64,000 nt of DNA from Bdellovibrionales bacterium. Its GTDB lineage: Bacteria > Bdellovibrionota > Bdellovibrionia > Bdellovibrionales > UBA1609. The stretch covers positions 131,105-195,104 of the forward strand of contig CBDHDF010000004.1 in assembly GCA_965261545.1 (NCBI GenBank), read 5' to 3'. The position numbers and the translations under genes were made by a program. Below the pieces are notes generated by a model that worked only from the letters and a program-made list of their open reading frames with translations, was not told the origin of the DNA and searched no databases. How positions within the stretch are numbered: position 1 is the first letter of the stretch; every line of letters begins with the position of its first letter. Below, piece by piece: positions 40,810 to 51,192 of this stretch.

Positions 40810-41739
40810 ATGGACAACAGTCAACTTATTGAAAAATATCAAATGATTTATCAGGAAGACCCCAAGTCTAGGGTGTTTGCCCCTCTTAGTGAGGCCTACC
40901 GAAAAGTGGGTCTTTTAAAAGAGGCCCTGGAGATTGCTAAAAGTGGTGTCAAGCATCATCCCAATTTTCCCAGTGGGCGGGTGGCTTTAGCGAGGGCTCT
41001 CATTAAAAAGAGTGAATTGGATCAGGCCCTTATTCATTTGGAAAAGGCCGTGGAAATCACTCCTGATAATATTTTGGCCCATCGCCTTATGGCTGAATCC
41101 TATCTTAAATTAAAAAAGCCCAAGGACGCATTGAGAGCTTTTAAGATGGTGTTGTTCTTCAATCCAGGTCATTCTAAGGCTCAAGTGGCTGTTCAGAAGT
41201 TAGAAAGTCTTACAGCTGATGAGTATGCCCCGGATGTTTTTAAAATGATGCCTTTGGTGCCTCATTATTATGAACCTGTGAGTTCTCCGGAGCTAGTTCC
41301 TGAAGACCCGAGGCAGGTGCGAGAAAGCTATTTGTCATTGATTGATGCCTATATCGCTCGCAATGAGCAAGAAAAGGCTTTGGAGGTGGTTGAGTCAGCT
41401 CGTAGGGATGGACAGGATCACCCTGAGATTCAGCGTCGTTTGCAAATCATTGAGAAATTGAAATCTGAAGGAGTCTCCGGGGAGATCGTTGAAGAGACTT
41501 CTTTGGAAGAGGTTTCTTTGGATCGTCGTCGTGTGACTTCTCCTCGTTTTTCTGGTCCGACTCCGACGCACTCATTGGCCCAGCCCCATGAGTCTCATGT
41601 TCATACTTCTCATGCTGAGCAGTCTCAGGCCCGGCCCCTTCATGTTCAACCTCCCCATGCTCAGCCTCATGCCCAGAAAAATATTGACGAACTCAAGAGA
41701 TTGTTGGATCAAATTCGAGAACGAAGGTATTCTAACTAA
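40810..41739 (+). CDS. Tetratricopeptide repeat protein
   Basis: DPKSRVFAPLSEAYRK followed by TPR-like helices. Confidence 0.8.
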   Translation: MDNSQLIEKYQMIYQEDPKSRVFAPLSEAYRKVGLLKEALEIAKSGVKHHPNFPSGRVALARALIKKSELDQALIHLEKAVEITPDNILAHRLMAESYLKLKKPKDALRAFKMVLFFNPGHSKAQVAVQKLESLTADEYAPDVFKMMPLVPHYYEPVSSPELVPEDPRQVRESYLSLIDAYIARNEQEKALEVVESARRDGQDHPEIQRRLQIIEKLKSEGVSGEIVEETSLEEVSLDRRRVTSPRFSGPTPTHSLAQPHESHVHTSHAEQSQARPLHVQPPHAQPHAQKNIDELKRLLDQIRERRYSN

Positions 41740-41757
41740 ATCTTTTGGAGTGAAAGT

Positions 41758-42327
41758 ATGTACAGTACAAGTGATTTTAAAAAAGGACTGAAGCTTCTCA
41801 TTGATGATACTCCCTATACGATTGTTGATTTTCAACATGTGAAGCCGGGGAAAGGGAACCAGTTTACACGCACGAAACTAAAGAACCTACTTACGGGTGG
41901 CAATCTTGAGCGCACCATTAAGTCGGGTGAAAAGTTTGCCGTTCCTGACGTGGAGTACAAGGGGGTGAATTTTCTCTACTCAGATGAGTCGGGTTTTCAT
42001 TTTATGGAGCCAGAAACCTTTGAGCAGATATGTTTGGACAAAAGCATTTTGGGGAATCATGCTTACTTTCTCACAGAAAATCTAGAGGTTAAGTTGTGCT
42101 TTTTTAACATGAGAGCTGTGGGAGTGGAACTTCCCAAGTCAGTTCAGTTAAAGGTGTCTCAAACAAACCCTGGCCACAAGGGCAATACTGTTTCCAACAC
42201 CACGAAGCCGGCCACAATGCAAACAGGGCTTGTGGTTCAGGTTCCTCTTCATATCAACGAGGGGGATACTCTTAAGGTTAACACTGAAGGGGGTGGTGAA
42301 TACATTGAGAGGGTTCATTTTAAGTGA
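41758..42327 (+). CDS. efp: Elongation factor P
   Basis: HVKPGKG motif; TGLVVQVPLHI. Confidence 0.96.
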   Translation: MYSTSDFKKGLKLLIDDTPYTIVDFQHVKPGKGNQFTRTKLKNLLTGGNLERTIKSGEKFAVPDVEYKGVNFLYSDESGFHFMEPETFEQICLDKSILGNHAYFLTENLEVKLCFFNMRAVGVELPKSVQLKVSQTNPGHKGNTVSNTTKPATMQTGLVVQVPLHINEGDTLKVNTEGGGEYIERVHFK

Positions 42328-42827
42328 AGTACCCCCTGAAATACCTTCTCCAAAGCCTATTGGGTGCTTTCGCCTTGGTGGGACTGCTCTTTGCCTTGCA
42401 TCCAGGTTTAAGAGAATGGGCTCAGTCTCAATTTAAACCAGCTCCCTATAGAAAAGTGCTTGCCGTGGCATCTGGTGATCTCTTGAACTTAGGCAAAACT
42501 TTTAAGGTGATAAAGGTTCGTTCTCATGAAGGGCTTTTCATAGAAATTTATGAAGAATTTAGAAATAATACTCGTCCTTTGCTTTCTAGAATCAAGCTGC
42601 CCAACAATAGGGACGGGTACTTTCATTTTCAAGGAGAGGCTACGAATTTAGCCTTGGACGATCTCGATGGAGACCGTGTGTTGGAAGTGATGGTTCCTAG
42701 TTTTGATAATAGTCTTCGGGCTCATCTGAGTATTTTCAAATACAATGAAATGGCCCATGATTATGAACCCCTTGAAGATGGTTCACTTTCTCAGGCTCCC
42801 AAGGATGATGAGAATTCCCGACCTTGA
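42324..42827 (+). CDS. Membrane-anchored hypothetical protein
   Basis: N-terminal TM helix; DDLDGD Ca-binding-like motif; start overlaps the efp stop. Confidence 0.65.
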   Translation: MKYPLKYLLQSLLGAFALVGLLFALHPGLREWAQSQFKPAPYRKVLAVASGDLLNLGKTFKVIKVRSHEGLFIEIYEEFRNNTRPLLSRIKLPNNRDGYFHFQGEATNLALDDLDGDRVLEVMVPSFDNSLRAHLSIFKYNEMAHDYEPLEDGSLSQAPKDDENSRP

Positions 42828-42916
42828 TCCCATAGGCGGCTTGCCTTTTTGGGTTCGTCGTTGTGTCGGGAAAGAGTCTTCATTTGAAACCTCCAGCTTT
42901 GCTGGAGGGGTAACCA

Positions 42917-43537
42917 TTATAACAGAAGCCCAACAAGAAGTCCTGTTGTCAGCCAGAAGGGTAGGGTTCCCTCATTGTTATTCCAATAATTATAGTTGTA
43001 CTGCCATCTATATCCAGATCCCCAGTTGTAGAACATATAAGTATTTAAGCAAAATGTTCTATAAAAAGGTCTTCCCCATGCATCGTATCCCATGTCTTGG
43101 TAGGGGGTATATCCATAGGGGCAGGTGTTTCCATTGGCGACACTGACGTAGTCTTTAAGATTGCAATTTCCCACAACTTCGCCTGTGTCATAATTATAGA
43201 AATGCCCATTGGCGTAATAGGTGTTTTTGCAGGCATTATTTCTATCTCTGTCATTATTCTTACCACCAAGAGATGGGCAGTAAACTCTATTGGTTGTGTT
43301 ATTTTCTTCTCTAAGGTAGTTTCCATCTCTGTGGTATATGGTCCCTGTTTGTGTATCTCTCCACTCTGTGTCGCTATGGTCATGGCGTTCCACTCTGTTA
43401 CAGATAGGAGAGGGAGAGTTGGCTATTTTATTGCCAGAGACAGGTTTTTTGTCTTCTCCACATCCTGTCATTATTAGGATGAACAGAGAGATGGTTCCCA
43501 ATATAGCTAAGCTTTTGTGTATGCACGGTTTTTTCAT
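42917..43537 (-). CDS. Hypothetical Cys/Tyr/Asn-rich lipoprotein
   Basis: MTGC lipobox, GGAG RBS and a hydrophobic C-terminal tail. Confidence 0.65.
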   Translation of the reverse strand: MKKPCIHKSLAILGTISLFILIMTGCGEDKKPVSGNKIANSPSPICNRVERHDHSDTEWRDTQTGTIYHRDGNYLREENNTTNRVYCPSLGGKNNDRDRNNACKNTYYANGHFYNYDTGEVVGNCNLKDYVSVANGNTCPYGYTPYQDMGYDAWGRPFYRTFCLNTYMFYNWGSGYRWQYNYNYWNNNEGTLPFWLTTGLLVGLLL

Positions 43538-44008
43538 AACAGTCTCCTTTTATTTATCTCAAACAACTGAATTTAACGGGCCTTAGGTTGTGATCATGTT
43601 TTGTTTGTTATAATTGTATATACTTCAATATCTGTACCAGTCGGAGAGTCTACTCAGAGTTGCTTAAATTGCAGTAGGGAGATACCATCAAGACAAAGAG
43701 GGCATAAAGGAGACATAAAAAGTACTTTTTGGACGTAAAAGGTCACTTACTTACTTCATTTGTTTCACTTTAGTCATCAGTCATCTTTGGCGTTATCTTA
43801 GACCTTAGCCTCACTTTAAATTCACCTTAGGTTTGTTTCTAGCCTCATTCAATGTCTTGAATACTCTAGAATACCCTAACATCATTGACAGTCTTCGCAC
43901 TATTTCATTAGACTGTAACAAAATGAGCTAGGTGGACCCTGGCTATGAGGATATTATGTCCTATGGTATTGATGTTAAATGCCTTTTTATTTCCATGGAT
44001 AGGAAATT

Positions 44009-46273
44009 ATGAGTTCTTTTTATCAAATACTTGCTTCTTTATGTCTATTCACTTTGGCAGGGCTTGTTCCGTCAAAGGCTCAGAGAGAACTTCCCATGCG
44101 TGTGGGGAAACCTTTATTTATTGCCCTTAATCAACAATCCCCATCCTTGGCAGCCTTTAATGACAGTCGAATGGATTTGTCTCAGTCCCACAAAGGACAA
44201 GAATCTGTTTTTGGCCACCATGCTCATCAAGAAGTGGAACTCAAAGCTGGTCATGTGAGTTTTGTGGGAGAAAAGCACCACGATCTTATAGTGGAAAGAA
44301 GGCCGCAGATAAGGCTCAATGGTATGACCATTCGTTTGGCATCAGAAAAGGTTCGTTTGGTACCAGAAAAAGTTCATTTCGCCCACCACAAGTCTGTTCT
44401 CCTCAAGAATCATGAAGACTCCGTGGGTAATCACATAGAAGACTCCATGGGTAATCACATAGAAGACTCCGTGGGTAATCACATAGAAGACTCTGCGGGT
44501 AATCACATAGAAGACTCTGTGGGTAAGCATATAATAGCTAAGGTGTCTACTCATAAGAGGGCACATAAGAAAGCGACTCTTTATGAGCTTTCGGGTTCTA
44601 TTGAGATGATGGAAGGGTTGGCGCTGACCGGGACAGATACCCACCTTTCTGTCGGTCGAGTTTTTCGCCGTCATTTGATGGACGAGGGAGAAATCCTTCT
44701 TGAAGATGGCGTTTATAAGCTGATTGTTTCTGATTTAAAAGGCCATATTGTTGCCAAATTGTCTAATACAGAGGGGCGTATTTTAGGTATTGGTGAGTTT
44801 AATCTTTATCAACTTCCAAAAGAGGCAAGGAAATTGATTCAAATTAATGAACTCCATATCAAAATAAAACCCTATAACCCCTCTTTGGTGGCGTCACTTC
44901 TTCATTCGGGTTTGTCCTTCTCTGGGCATCAGATACCGGTGGATCGTGGCCGTGTTTTCTTTGGGGCTCTGCCCTCAAAGAAGCTAAAGAACAAAGCCTC
45001 AAAAGGTTTGTTTGTTGATAACAGTTTCTTACCCTACTCGTCTTTTATGATGAGAGCTGAAGAAGATATAATGAGAGATGGGGAAGAAAAAAAGCATAGG
45101 GGTAGTTTGGCGCTGGGAGTGAGTGGCCGACAGAATCTTATGCGCATTTATCCTCAGTCTATGGTGGGTGCCCTTTTGGAGATTCAAGGTATGAATGCCG
45201 ATAGTTCTTCACCTATTATATGGGGTCGTGTCACTCAAGAGGGGCAGCCAGTAAAGGGCGCCCAAGTGGAATTGGCGGGAGATATGGGCCTCAGGCCCAT
45301 TTATTTTAATGCATATATACCTGACTCTCAGTTGAAGTCCACGCAAACCGATGGATTGTTTGCTTTTGTTGGGCTCGACTCTGGATTGCAGGCTGTGCGA
45401 GTGACTCTCGATGAGAAGTATGTTTCTACCCAAGTGACTTTGACACAAGAGGAGTATGTTTCATATTTAGATATTGCAGTGGCTCCGGTTCGATCGGCCA
45501 GTGTTGAAGTTTACGATGGTCAGGCGGACCAAAGTCTCAGTGCGGATATTCAGGTGTATGGTACTGGGAAAATTATAGAAATTGATGGGTCCAAGGATGA
45601 GGCCATGTATTTTCCAGGAGGACCTGGGGTGATGATTTTAGAAGTGGATCCTGGGGATGAGTATCTTTTCTCAAGGCACAGTGTTCACAGGTCCCAGAAA
45701 TCTATTGAACTTCCGGCTGTGAGGCAGGATTGGTGGCGTCGGGTCAAATTTCAATTGACAAGAGAAGAGGCGGGAGGAAAAGTATTCTTTGGAGGTGGCC
45801 TAGAAGAAGAATCAGCTTTGAATCACAGCCATATCATTGGGTATGTGAATGGGAGTGACTACGATATTATTTTTGATCAGGCAGCAGGTATGGACTCAGA
45901 TTCAGATATGGATTTGGATCCTCGGGAGATTGTTTATTTTGATAAAGACGGCAAAATCATTTACAGTTCAACAAAGCATGGTTCAGGACAAGGGGGTGGT
46001 GGTTTTATCATCTTTAATGTACCTAAAGGGTTGCATTCTGTGACAATTGTGCCTTCAAATTCAAGTGTTTCAATTTCAAATGTTTCGATGGCTTCTGCTA
46101 ATTATTCAGAAAATGACTCAGAGAGTGACCCAGAGGGGAGTGGTGGTTCTGGGGAGAGTGGTTTAGAGAACGATCATATTTCCTCTGAGGAGATATGGAA
46201 GTCTCAGAAAATGTTTACTCAGGTCTTAGCCGTGGATTCTTCCATTGTTAATGTTATGTCCGTTGATTTTTAA
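44009..46273 (+). CDS. Large secreted hypothetical protein with a carboxypeptidase-regulatory-like beta domain
   Basis: Signal peptide; IWGRV...PVKGAQVEL..T..DGLFAF motif. Confidence 0.65.
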   Translation: MSSFYQILASLCLFTLAGLVPSKAQRELPMRVGKPLFIALNQQSPSLAAFNDSRMDLSQSHKGQESVFGHHAHQEVELKAGHVSFVGEKHHDLIVERRPQIRLNGMTIRLASEKVRLVPEKVHFAHHKSVLLKNHEDSVGNHIEDSMGNHIEDSVGNHIEDSAGNHIEDSVGKHIIAKVSTHKRAHKKATLYELSGSIEMMEGLALTGTDTHLSVGRVFRRHLMDEGEILLEDGVYKLIVSDLKGHIVAKLSNTEGRILGIGEFNLYQLPKEARKLIQINELHIKIKPYNPSLVASLLHSGLSFSGHQIPVDRGRVFFGALPSKKLKNKASKGLFVDNSFLPYSSFMMRAEEDIMRDGEEKKHRGSLALGVSGRQNLMRIYPQSMVGALLEIQGMNADSSSPIIWGRVTQEGQPVKGAQVELAGDMGLRPIYFNAYIPDSQLKSTQTDGLFAFVGLDSGLQAVRVTLDEKYVSTQVTLTQEEYVSYLDIAVAPVRSASVEVYDGQADQSLSADIQVYGTGKIIEIDGSKDEAMYFPGGPGVMILEVDPGDEYLFSRHSVHRSQKSIELPAVRQDWWRRVKFQLTREEAGGKVFFGGGLEEESALNHSHIIGYVNGSDYDIIFDQAAGMDSDSDMDLDPREIVYFDKDGKIIYSSTKHGSGQGGGGFIIFNVPKGLHSVTIVPSNSSVSISNVSMASANYSENDSESDPEGSGGSGESGLENDHISSEEIWKSQKMFTQVLAVDSSIVNVMSVDF
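44414..44533 (+). repeat. In-frame 24-bp tandem repeat, 5 copies (EDSVGNHI)
   Basis: Unit GAAGACTCCGTGGGTAATCACATA with minor variants. Confidence 0.9.
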
Positions 46274-47735
46274 TTTTTCGATTTATAGATTTGAATTGGT
46301 GATGGATATAAGCAATTTCTTGGAGATTCTTTTTATTGTATTTATGCTCCAGAGGCAGGTGAACTTCCAGCCTCCGTGGTAAATAGGCATTTTTCTTTAA
46401 GGCCCATTTAAGGTCTGGGTTGTAGTTCATTAATTTTTCTTTGCTGATTCCAAGCTTTTTTACGAGGTATTGTACTTTCATCCTTTTTTTAAGTCGAATG
46501 GGTTTGATCGCTCTTAGAGGCTTTTGGGATATAATTTCATTATGAAAAATCTCATTTTGATATTTTTCAGCATAAAGGGCCGCAAGAAAGCTTGTATAGA
46601 AATTCCTAGAAGCAAATCCGAGGCTATGTTTTTTCTTGCGATAGTTGATGATCTTATCAATTCTCTTTGTTTTTGCTGCTTTTATGGTTTTCTTCATTCC
46701 CCCCACGCCGTGGTTGTAGGCTGTGACAGTTATGGGCCAGGATTTTAAATTTCTGTGGTATTGTTTGAAGATGCGAGCCGCAAGATGGGTGGCTTTTATA
46801 GGTGAGTTTCGTTCATCGATATATTTGGTAACATGGATATGCTCTTTGGCTGTTCTCGGCATAATTTGCCAAATTCCACTGGCGCCTACTTTGCTATGTG
46901 CTTTTTCATTAAAACTACTTTCTACAAGAGGAAGCCGCGTGAGTTCGATAGGTAGTCCTTTTTTCCTAAATATTTCCTCCATGTAAGCCATGTATTTTGT
47001 ACTACTTTCGATACCTTTGAGAAAGAAGTCTTTTTGTCCCAACTGCGTTCTTACATTTTTTGAGGCAGATAAGAAAACATGTTTTCTTTTACCACGAATT
47101 TTTTTGAGACTGTTGTAAAGCTTCCTCTCGATTCCCCTTAGATTTTTGTAGTTTTTTCTATAGGCGAGTCTTCTTAAGATGCTTTTGACTTGTAGAGCCT
47201 GCTGTGAAACGGCTTTTTTAGCTCTATGATATTTCGTCCAATGGTGACCGGGGCCATTTATAATATCTTTAGTGTTTAGAACATCAAAGACAATCCATGG
47301 ATATTTGGTATGGTGTATGATATGGCTCTGTGAATCGTATTTTGTATAAATATTAAACCAAAAGGAGACTCGTTTTTTGAGAAGACTTGAGATTTTAAAT
47401 CTTTTTGTGATACGCTTCTTTGTATCATTAAGTATATCTTTAGTCTTCATCTGTTCGATGGAGTGTGTTTGTGCCTTATGAGTTGAATGTGTTGAGCGTG
47501 CTGAATGGATTAAATGTGCGGAATATGCTGTTGGAGTCGCTGAGTGAATTGTTGGAGATGGTTTCTTAAAGGCAAGGTTCAAGGCTATCACCAACCCAAT
47601 AGTGAGCTTTATAATTGTGAGCTCTATGATTCCAATGGGGCCAATAATAGGAGAATGAAGAAAAGGAAACTTGTGGATTAGAGTCGTTTTCTGTTGTTTT
47701 TTTATTTTTTGATTTTCTGTATTTTTAAGACCCAT
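46254..47735 (-). CDS. Lytic transglycosylase (MltD-like SLT domain)
   Basis: LPLVESSF, SKVGASGIWQIM and AYNHG motifs. Confidence 0.88.
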   Translation of the reverse strand: MGLKNTENQKIKKQQKTTLIHKFPFLHSPIIGPIGIIELTIIKLTIGLVIALNLAFKKPSPTIHSATPTAYSAHLIHSARSTHSTHKAQTHSIEQMKTKDILNDTKKRITKRFKISSLLKKRVSFWFNIYTKYDSQSHIIHHTKYPWIVFDVLNTKDIINGPGHHWTKYHRAKKAVSQQALQVKSILRRLAYRKNYKNLRGIERKLYNSLKKIRGKRKHVFLSASKNVRTQLGQKDFFLKGIESSTKYMAYMEEIFRKKGLPIELTRLPLVESSFNEKAHSKVGASGIWQIMPRTAKEHIHVTKYIDERNSPIKATHLAARIFKQYHRNLKSWPITVTAYNHGVGGMKKTIKAAKTKRIDKIINYRKKKHSLGFASRNFYTSFLAALYAEKYQNEIFHNEIISQKPLRAIKPIRLKKRMKVQYLVKKLGISKEKLMNYNPDLKWALKKNAYLPRRLEVHLPLEHKYNKKNLQEIAYIHHQFKSINRKIKNQRT

Positions 47736-47868
47736 GGATATTTGTAGAGCAAAATAGGTGCCAAAGTTAAGATCAGTGTTCTCTTGTCTTCTTAGGCATT
47801 TATCTTCCTTTTAAGAAAAACGTGTATGTCAATGAGTTAGACATTAGTTGAGAAATATGACGGTATGT

Positions 47869-48714
47869 TCAGTCACTCTCGATAAATTCTGTGAATTCTG
47901 AAGGAGGGTGAAGTTCAGATTGTTTGGCTAAGAAGTCAAATGCGTATTGGTGATCTTTGAGCCACTTGCGGTGGCCTTTCCAGTTGGTATCTTGTGTGGC
48001 CACCAAGTTCCAAAATCTCTGAGAGTGATTTTGGTGTTTAAGGTGGGCGAGTTCATGAATGACGACATAGTTGAGACATTCTTCGAGGGCTGCAATGAGT
48101 CGCCAGTTGAGGCTGATATGTCCTACTGAGCTACAACTTCCCCATCGAGTTTTTTGTGAGCGAAAGGAAAGGGCTGTGGGGTACAGATTCATTTTTTCTG
48201 AAAAGAATTTCACACTCTGCGTCAGTTGCTTTCGACCCTCCTTTTCGTAGAATGTTCTCATGATTTTCGTTATTTCTTCAAAACTCACATTTCTGTTGGG
48301 AAGAAAGAGGGTCAGTGGGCCGCCGCTGTTGTGGACTTTGAAGTGAGGACTTTTGTTAGATGTGCAGGCAAAGGTTAAGGGGATAGGATGACCTTTCCAT
48401 AGAAAAAGTTCTCTTTCGGTGTATTTCTTGGGAGGGTAGTTCTGCCGAAGTTCTCGATATCTGTGGAGGTGGTTCTGAATCCAATCATCATGTTTGTTGA
48501 GAAAGTCAGAAATCTTCTTTCGAGAGGTCGTTTTGCTGGCGGTAACTTTTACTGTACCATTGGGTTGAACATGAATATTGAGTCTTCTTTGAAAGGCCCG
48601 GTGCTGAATGACAGTGGGGTAAGGTATGAAATCTAAGGGTTCTGTAAGCTCCATGAGATAGGTATGATATATGGGTCGTGGTGGGGAGACAATATGTGCA
48701 AGGCTATAATGCAA
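47869..48714 (-). CDS. YgjP/SprT-like (DUF45) zinc metallopeptidase-family protein
   Basis: QKTRWGSCS, LNWRL and YVVIHELAHLKHQNHS motifs. Confidence 0.88.
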   Translation of the reverse strand: MHYSLAHIVSPPRPIYHTYLMELTEPLDFIPYPTVIQHRAFQRRLNIHVQPNGTVKVTASKTTSRKKISDFLNKHDDWIQNHLHRYRELRQNYPPKKYTERELFLWKGHPIPLTFACTSNKSPHFKVHNSGGPLTLFLPNRNVSFEEITKIMRTFYEKEGRKQLTQSVKFFSEKMNLYPTALSFRSQKTRWGSCSSVGHISLNWRLIAALEECLNYVVIHELAHLKHQNHSQRFWNLVATQDTNWKGHRKWLKDHQYAFDFLAKQSELHPPSEFTEFIESD

Positions 48715-48834
48715 TTTTTTAGAACAATTTTAAAAAAAGGGATTGAGAAGCGAGGTGAAGAGAGAGTGAAGAAGAGGGTATGACTCGGTGGTTCAGGTCT
48801 TTGACTCTTTGTCATGTTCATTTTAGATTGCCCA

Positions 48835-48938
48835 TGGGGGTTGGGCTCCGTACAATAGATGACCTTGTGAATTCCGCCAGGTCCGGAAGGAAGCAACGGT
48901 AGCAGGGTTTCTATGTGATACGGGGGGCCTGGCTCCCA
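48835..48938 (+). ncRNA. ffs: Signal recognition particle RNA (4.5S)
   Basis: CAGGTCCGGAAGGAAGCA core within a long hairpin, directly upstream of dnaX. Confidence 0.92.
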
Positions 48939-49024
48939 CCTTTCCAAACAAGTTGGTTCAGAGGAACAAAAGTAAAAGACACAAGTATAAAGACAAAAGC
49001 AGAAGATAGAGCAAAGAGATAGAG

Positions 49025-50866
49025 ATGTCTTATCAGGTTATTGCAAGAAAGTGGCGCCCGCCGACTTTTACCCAATTGATTGGGCAAGATCATGTGAGTC
49101 AGACTTTGCAAAATGCTCTTAAAGAAGACCGCCTGCCCCATGCTCTCTTGTTTACCGGACCAAGGGGAACGGGAAAGACCTCTTCCGCAAGAATACTTGC
49201 GAAATCATTGCGTTGCACTCAACTTCAGGGAGTGGTTCCATGCAACACATGTGACGATTGCAAAGACATCAATAACAGTTCCCATATGGATGTTATTGAG
49301 ATTGATGGTGCAAGCAATAATGGTGTGGATTCTATTCGCGAGCTTCGAGAAACGGTGGGCTATATGCCCTCTTCGGGTCGTAAGAAAATTTATATTATTG
49401 ATGAAATTCATATGTTGTCCACAAGTGCTTTTAACGCCCTTTTAAAAACATTGGAAGAGCCTCCTGAGCACATTGTTTTTATCATGGCAACCACAGAGGC
49501 TCATAAGATTCCCCATACCATCTTGTCTCGCTGCCAACGCTTTGATTTTCACAGGGTTTCTATTTCAGATATTGTGACGAGTTTGGCTGAAATTTGTCAG
49601 AAAGAAGGGGTGGTCTTTGAGGAAGAGGCTTTGTGGCTCATCGCTCGGCAGGCGGATGGGTCCATGAGAGATAGTCAGAGCTTACTCGATCAGGTGATTA
49701 CTTTTTCTGGGCAAAATCTCACTTATCATAAGGTGGTAGAGGCTCTTAGCCTTACCGATCGCCAAGTTCTTCTGCGCACCTTAGAGGCTCTTGTTCGGCG
49801 TGAAATATCTCTTATGCTTGAAACCGTGGCAAGCGTGGTGACATCAGGGGTGGATCCCAAGGTCTTTGTTCAAGAGCTTTTAGAGGAGATTCGCCATTTG
49901 TTGGTGACCAAACTCTCTCCTGAAAGGTGTGCAAGCATGATTGATCTTCCCAGCACTGAGATTGAGCAGCTAAAGGTTTTGGCGGCCAAGCTTAGTGTAG
50001 AAGATATTCACCAACTTTTTGATATGGGATTGAAGGGTGCCAACGACATCTCTCGTGCCATGGATCCCCATCTGGTTTTGGAAATACTTATGTTGAGAAT
50101 GGTGGCCGCTTCTTCGATGGAGAGGAAAGTGGTGAGCGCTCCTTTGGTGGAGAGTCGATCGTCAAATCAAGGGCCTCCTCAGTCTAGCCCACTTCAATCT
50201 GCCCTCCCCCTTGGAGTTGATTCACCTAAAGTTGGTCCGCCTCAACCTGTTTCCGCCCTTGAGGTTGGCCCATCTCAATCTATTTCCTCTCAATCTGCCC
50301 CCCCTGAAGTTGATACAGCTTCTAGGAGTCAAAAATGGGAAGAGTTTGTGAGTCATGTCAAAAAGGTGAACCCATCTGTTGCAGCTCAGTTAGAGCATGT
50401 ATATTTAGGTAAAATGACCCATAAAACCATTGTCATTGGAGTTCCTCAGCGGGTAAAATTTCTTTACGACAAGCTAACGAGTGATAGCTTTAAGAAAAAG
50501 CTATATAATTACATACAGACGTTTTGGGGCAAGCGTCTTGAGGTGTTCATTGAAATGGAAACCAGGGGTGGTTGCGCTGCGCCCTCTTCTCCCCAAAAGG
50601 CTCATGTGATTGAGCAGCAAAGGGTGCAGACAAAAGTAGAGGAAGAAAGGCAGGTTCTTCAGAAGAAGGTTGCAGCCCACCCTCTTGTGAAGTCGGCCCA
50701 AAGCCTTTTTAAGTCAACTTCATTGACCGTTACAAAGAGTGCTGGGAGTCTAAAGAATACAGAGAGTTTAACAAGAACAAGCCTAGAAAATAGAGTTCGG
50801 GCGACAGATACAACAGATACGGCGACAGATACAACAGATACAACAGATACAAAGGAGAGTTTATGA
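49025..50866 (+). CDS. dnaX: DNA polymerase III subunit gamma/tau
   Basis: ARKWRP, GPRGTGKTS, EIDGASNNGVD and SRCQ motifs. Confidence 0.96.
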   Translation: MSYQVIARKWRPPTFTQLIGQDHVSQTLQNALKEDRLPHALLFTGPRGTGKTSSARILAKSLRCTQLQGVVPCNTCDDCKDINNSSHMDVIEIDGASNNGVDSIRELRETVGYMPSSGRKKIYIIDEIHMLSTSAFNALLKTLEEPPEHIVFIMATTEAHKIPHTILSRCQRFDFHRVSISDIVTSLAEICQKEGVVFEEEALWLIARQADGSMRDSQSLLDQVITFSGQNLTYHKVVEALSLTDRQVLLRTLEALVRREISLMLETVASVVTSGVDPKVFVQELLEEIRHLLVTKLSPERCASMIDLPSTEIEQLKVLAAKLSVEDIHQLFDMGLKGANDISRAMDPHLVLEILMLRMVAASSMERKVVSAPLVESRSSNQGPPQSSPLQSALPLGVDSPKVGPPQPVSALEVGPSQSISSQSAPPEVDTASRSQKWEEFVSHVKKVNPSVAAQLEHVYLGKMTHKTIVIGVPQRVKFLYDKLTSDSFKKKLYNYIQTFWGKRLEVFIEMETRGGCAAPSSPQKAHVIEQQRVQTKVEEERQVLQKKVAAHPLVKSAQSLFKSTSLTVTKSAGSLKNTESLTRTSLENRVRATDTTDTATDTTDTTDTKESL

Positions 50867-51192
50867 AGGGTATGGGTGGAGGCGGCGGTATGCAGCAGAT
50901 TATGAAGCAGGCCAATCAGATGGAGCGGCGTATGAAAAAAATTCAAGAGGAGTTGGCGTCTCGTGAATTTGAAGGTCGTGCAGGAGGGGGGGCTGTTTCT
51001 GTAAGGGTAAATATTGACCACATGATTCAGGCCATTGAGATTCAACCGGATGTTTTTAAGTCGGGGGATGCAGAAATGCTGCAAGATATGGTGATGGCTT
51101 CTGCTAATGAGGCGATCAAATCGGCCAAGGAAACTTATGATACTGAGATGAATAAGGTCACCGGTGGCTTTTCTATGCCTGGAATGTTTTAG
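50863..51192 (+). CDS. ybaB: Nucleoid-associated protein YbaB/EbfC
   Basis: MKQANQM..AGGGAVSV..LQDMV; lies between dnaX and recR. Confidence 0.93.
   Translation: MKGMGGGGGMQQIMKQANQMERRMKKIQEELASREFEGRAGGGAVSVRVNIDHMIQAIEIQPDVFKSGDAEMLQDMVMASANEAIKSAKETYDTEMNKVTGGFSMPGMF

Noticed and set aside
44414..44533. 24-bp repeats as a CRISPR array
   Set aside because: The units are head-to-tail with no unique spacers, lie in frame inside a CDS, and have no cas genes nearby.
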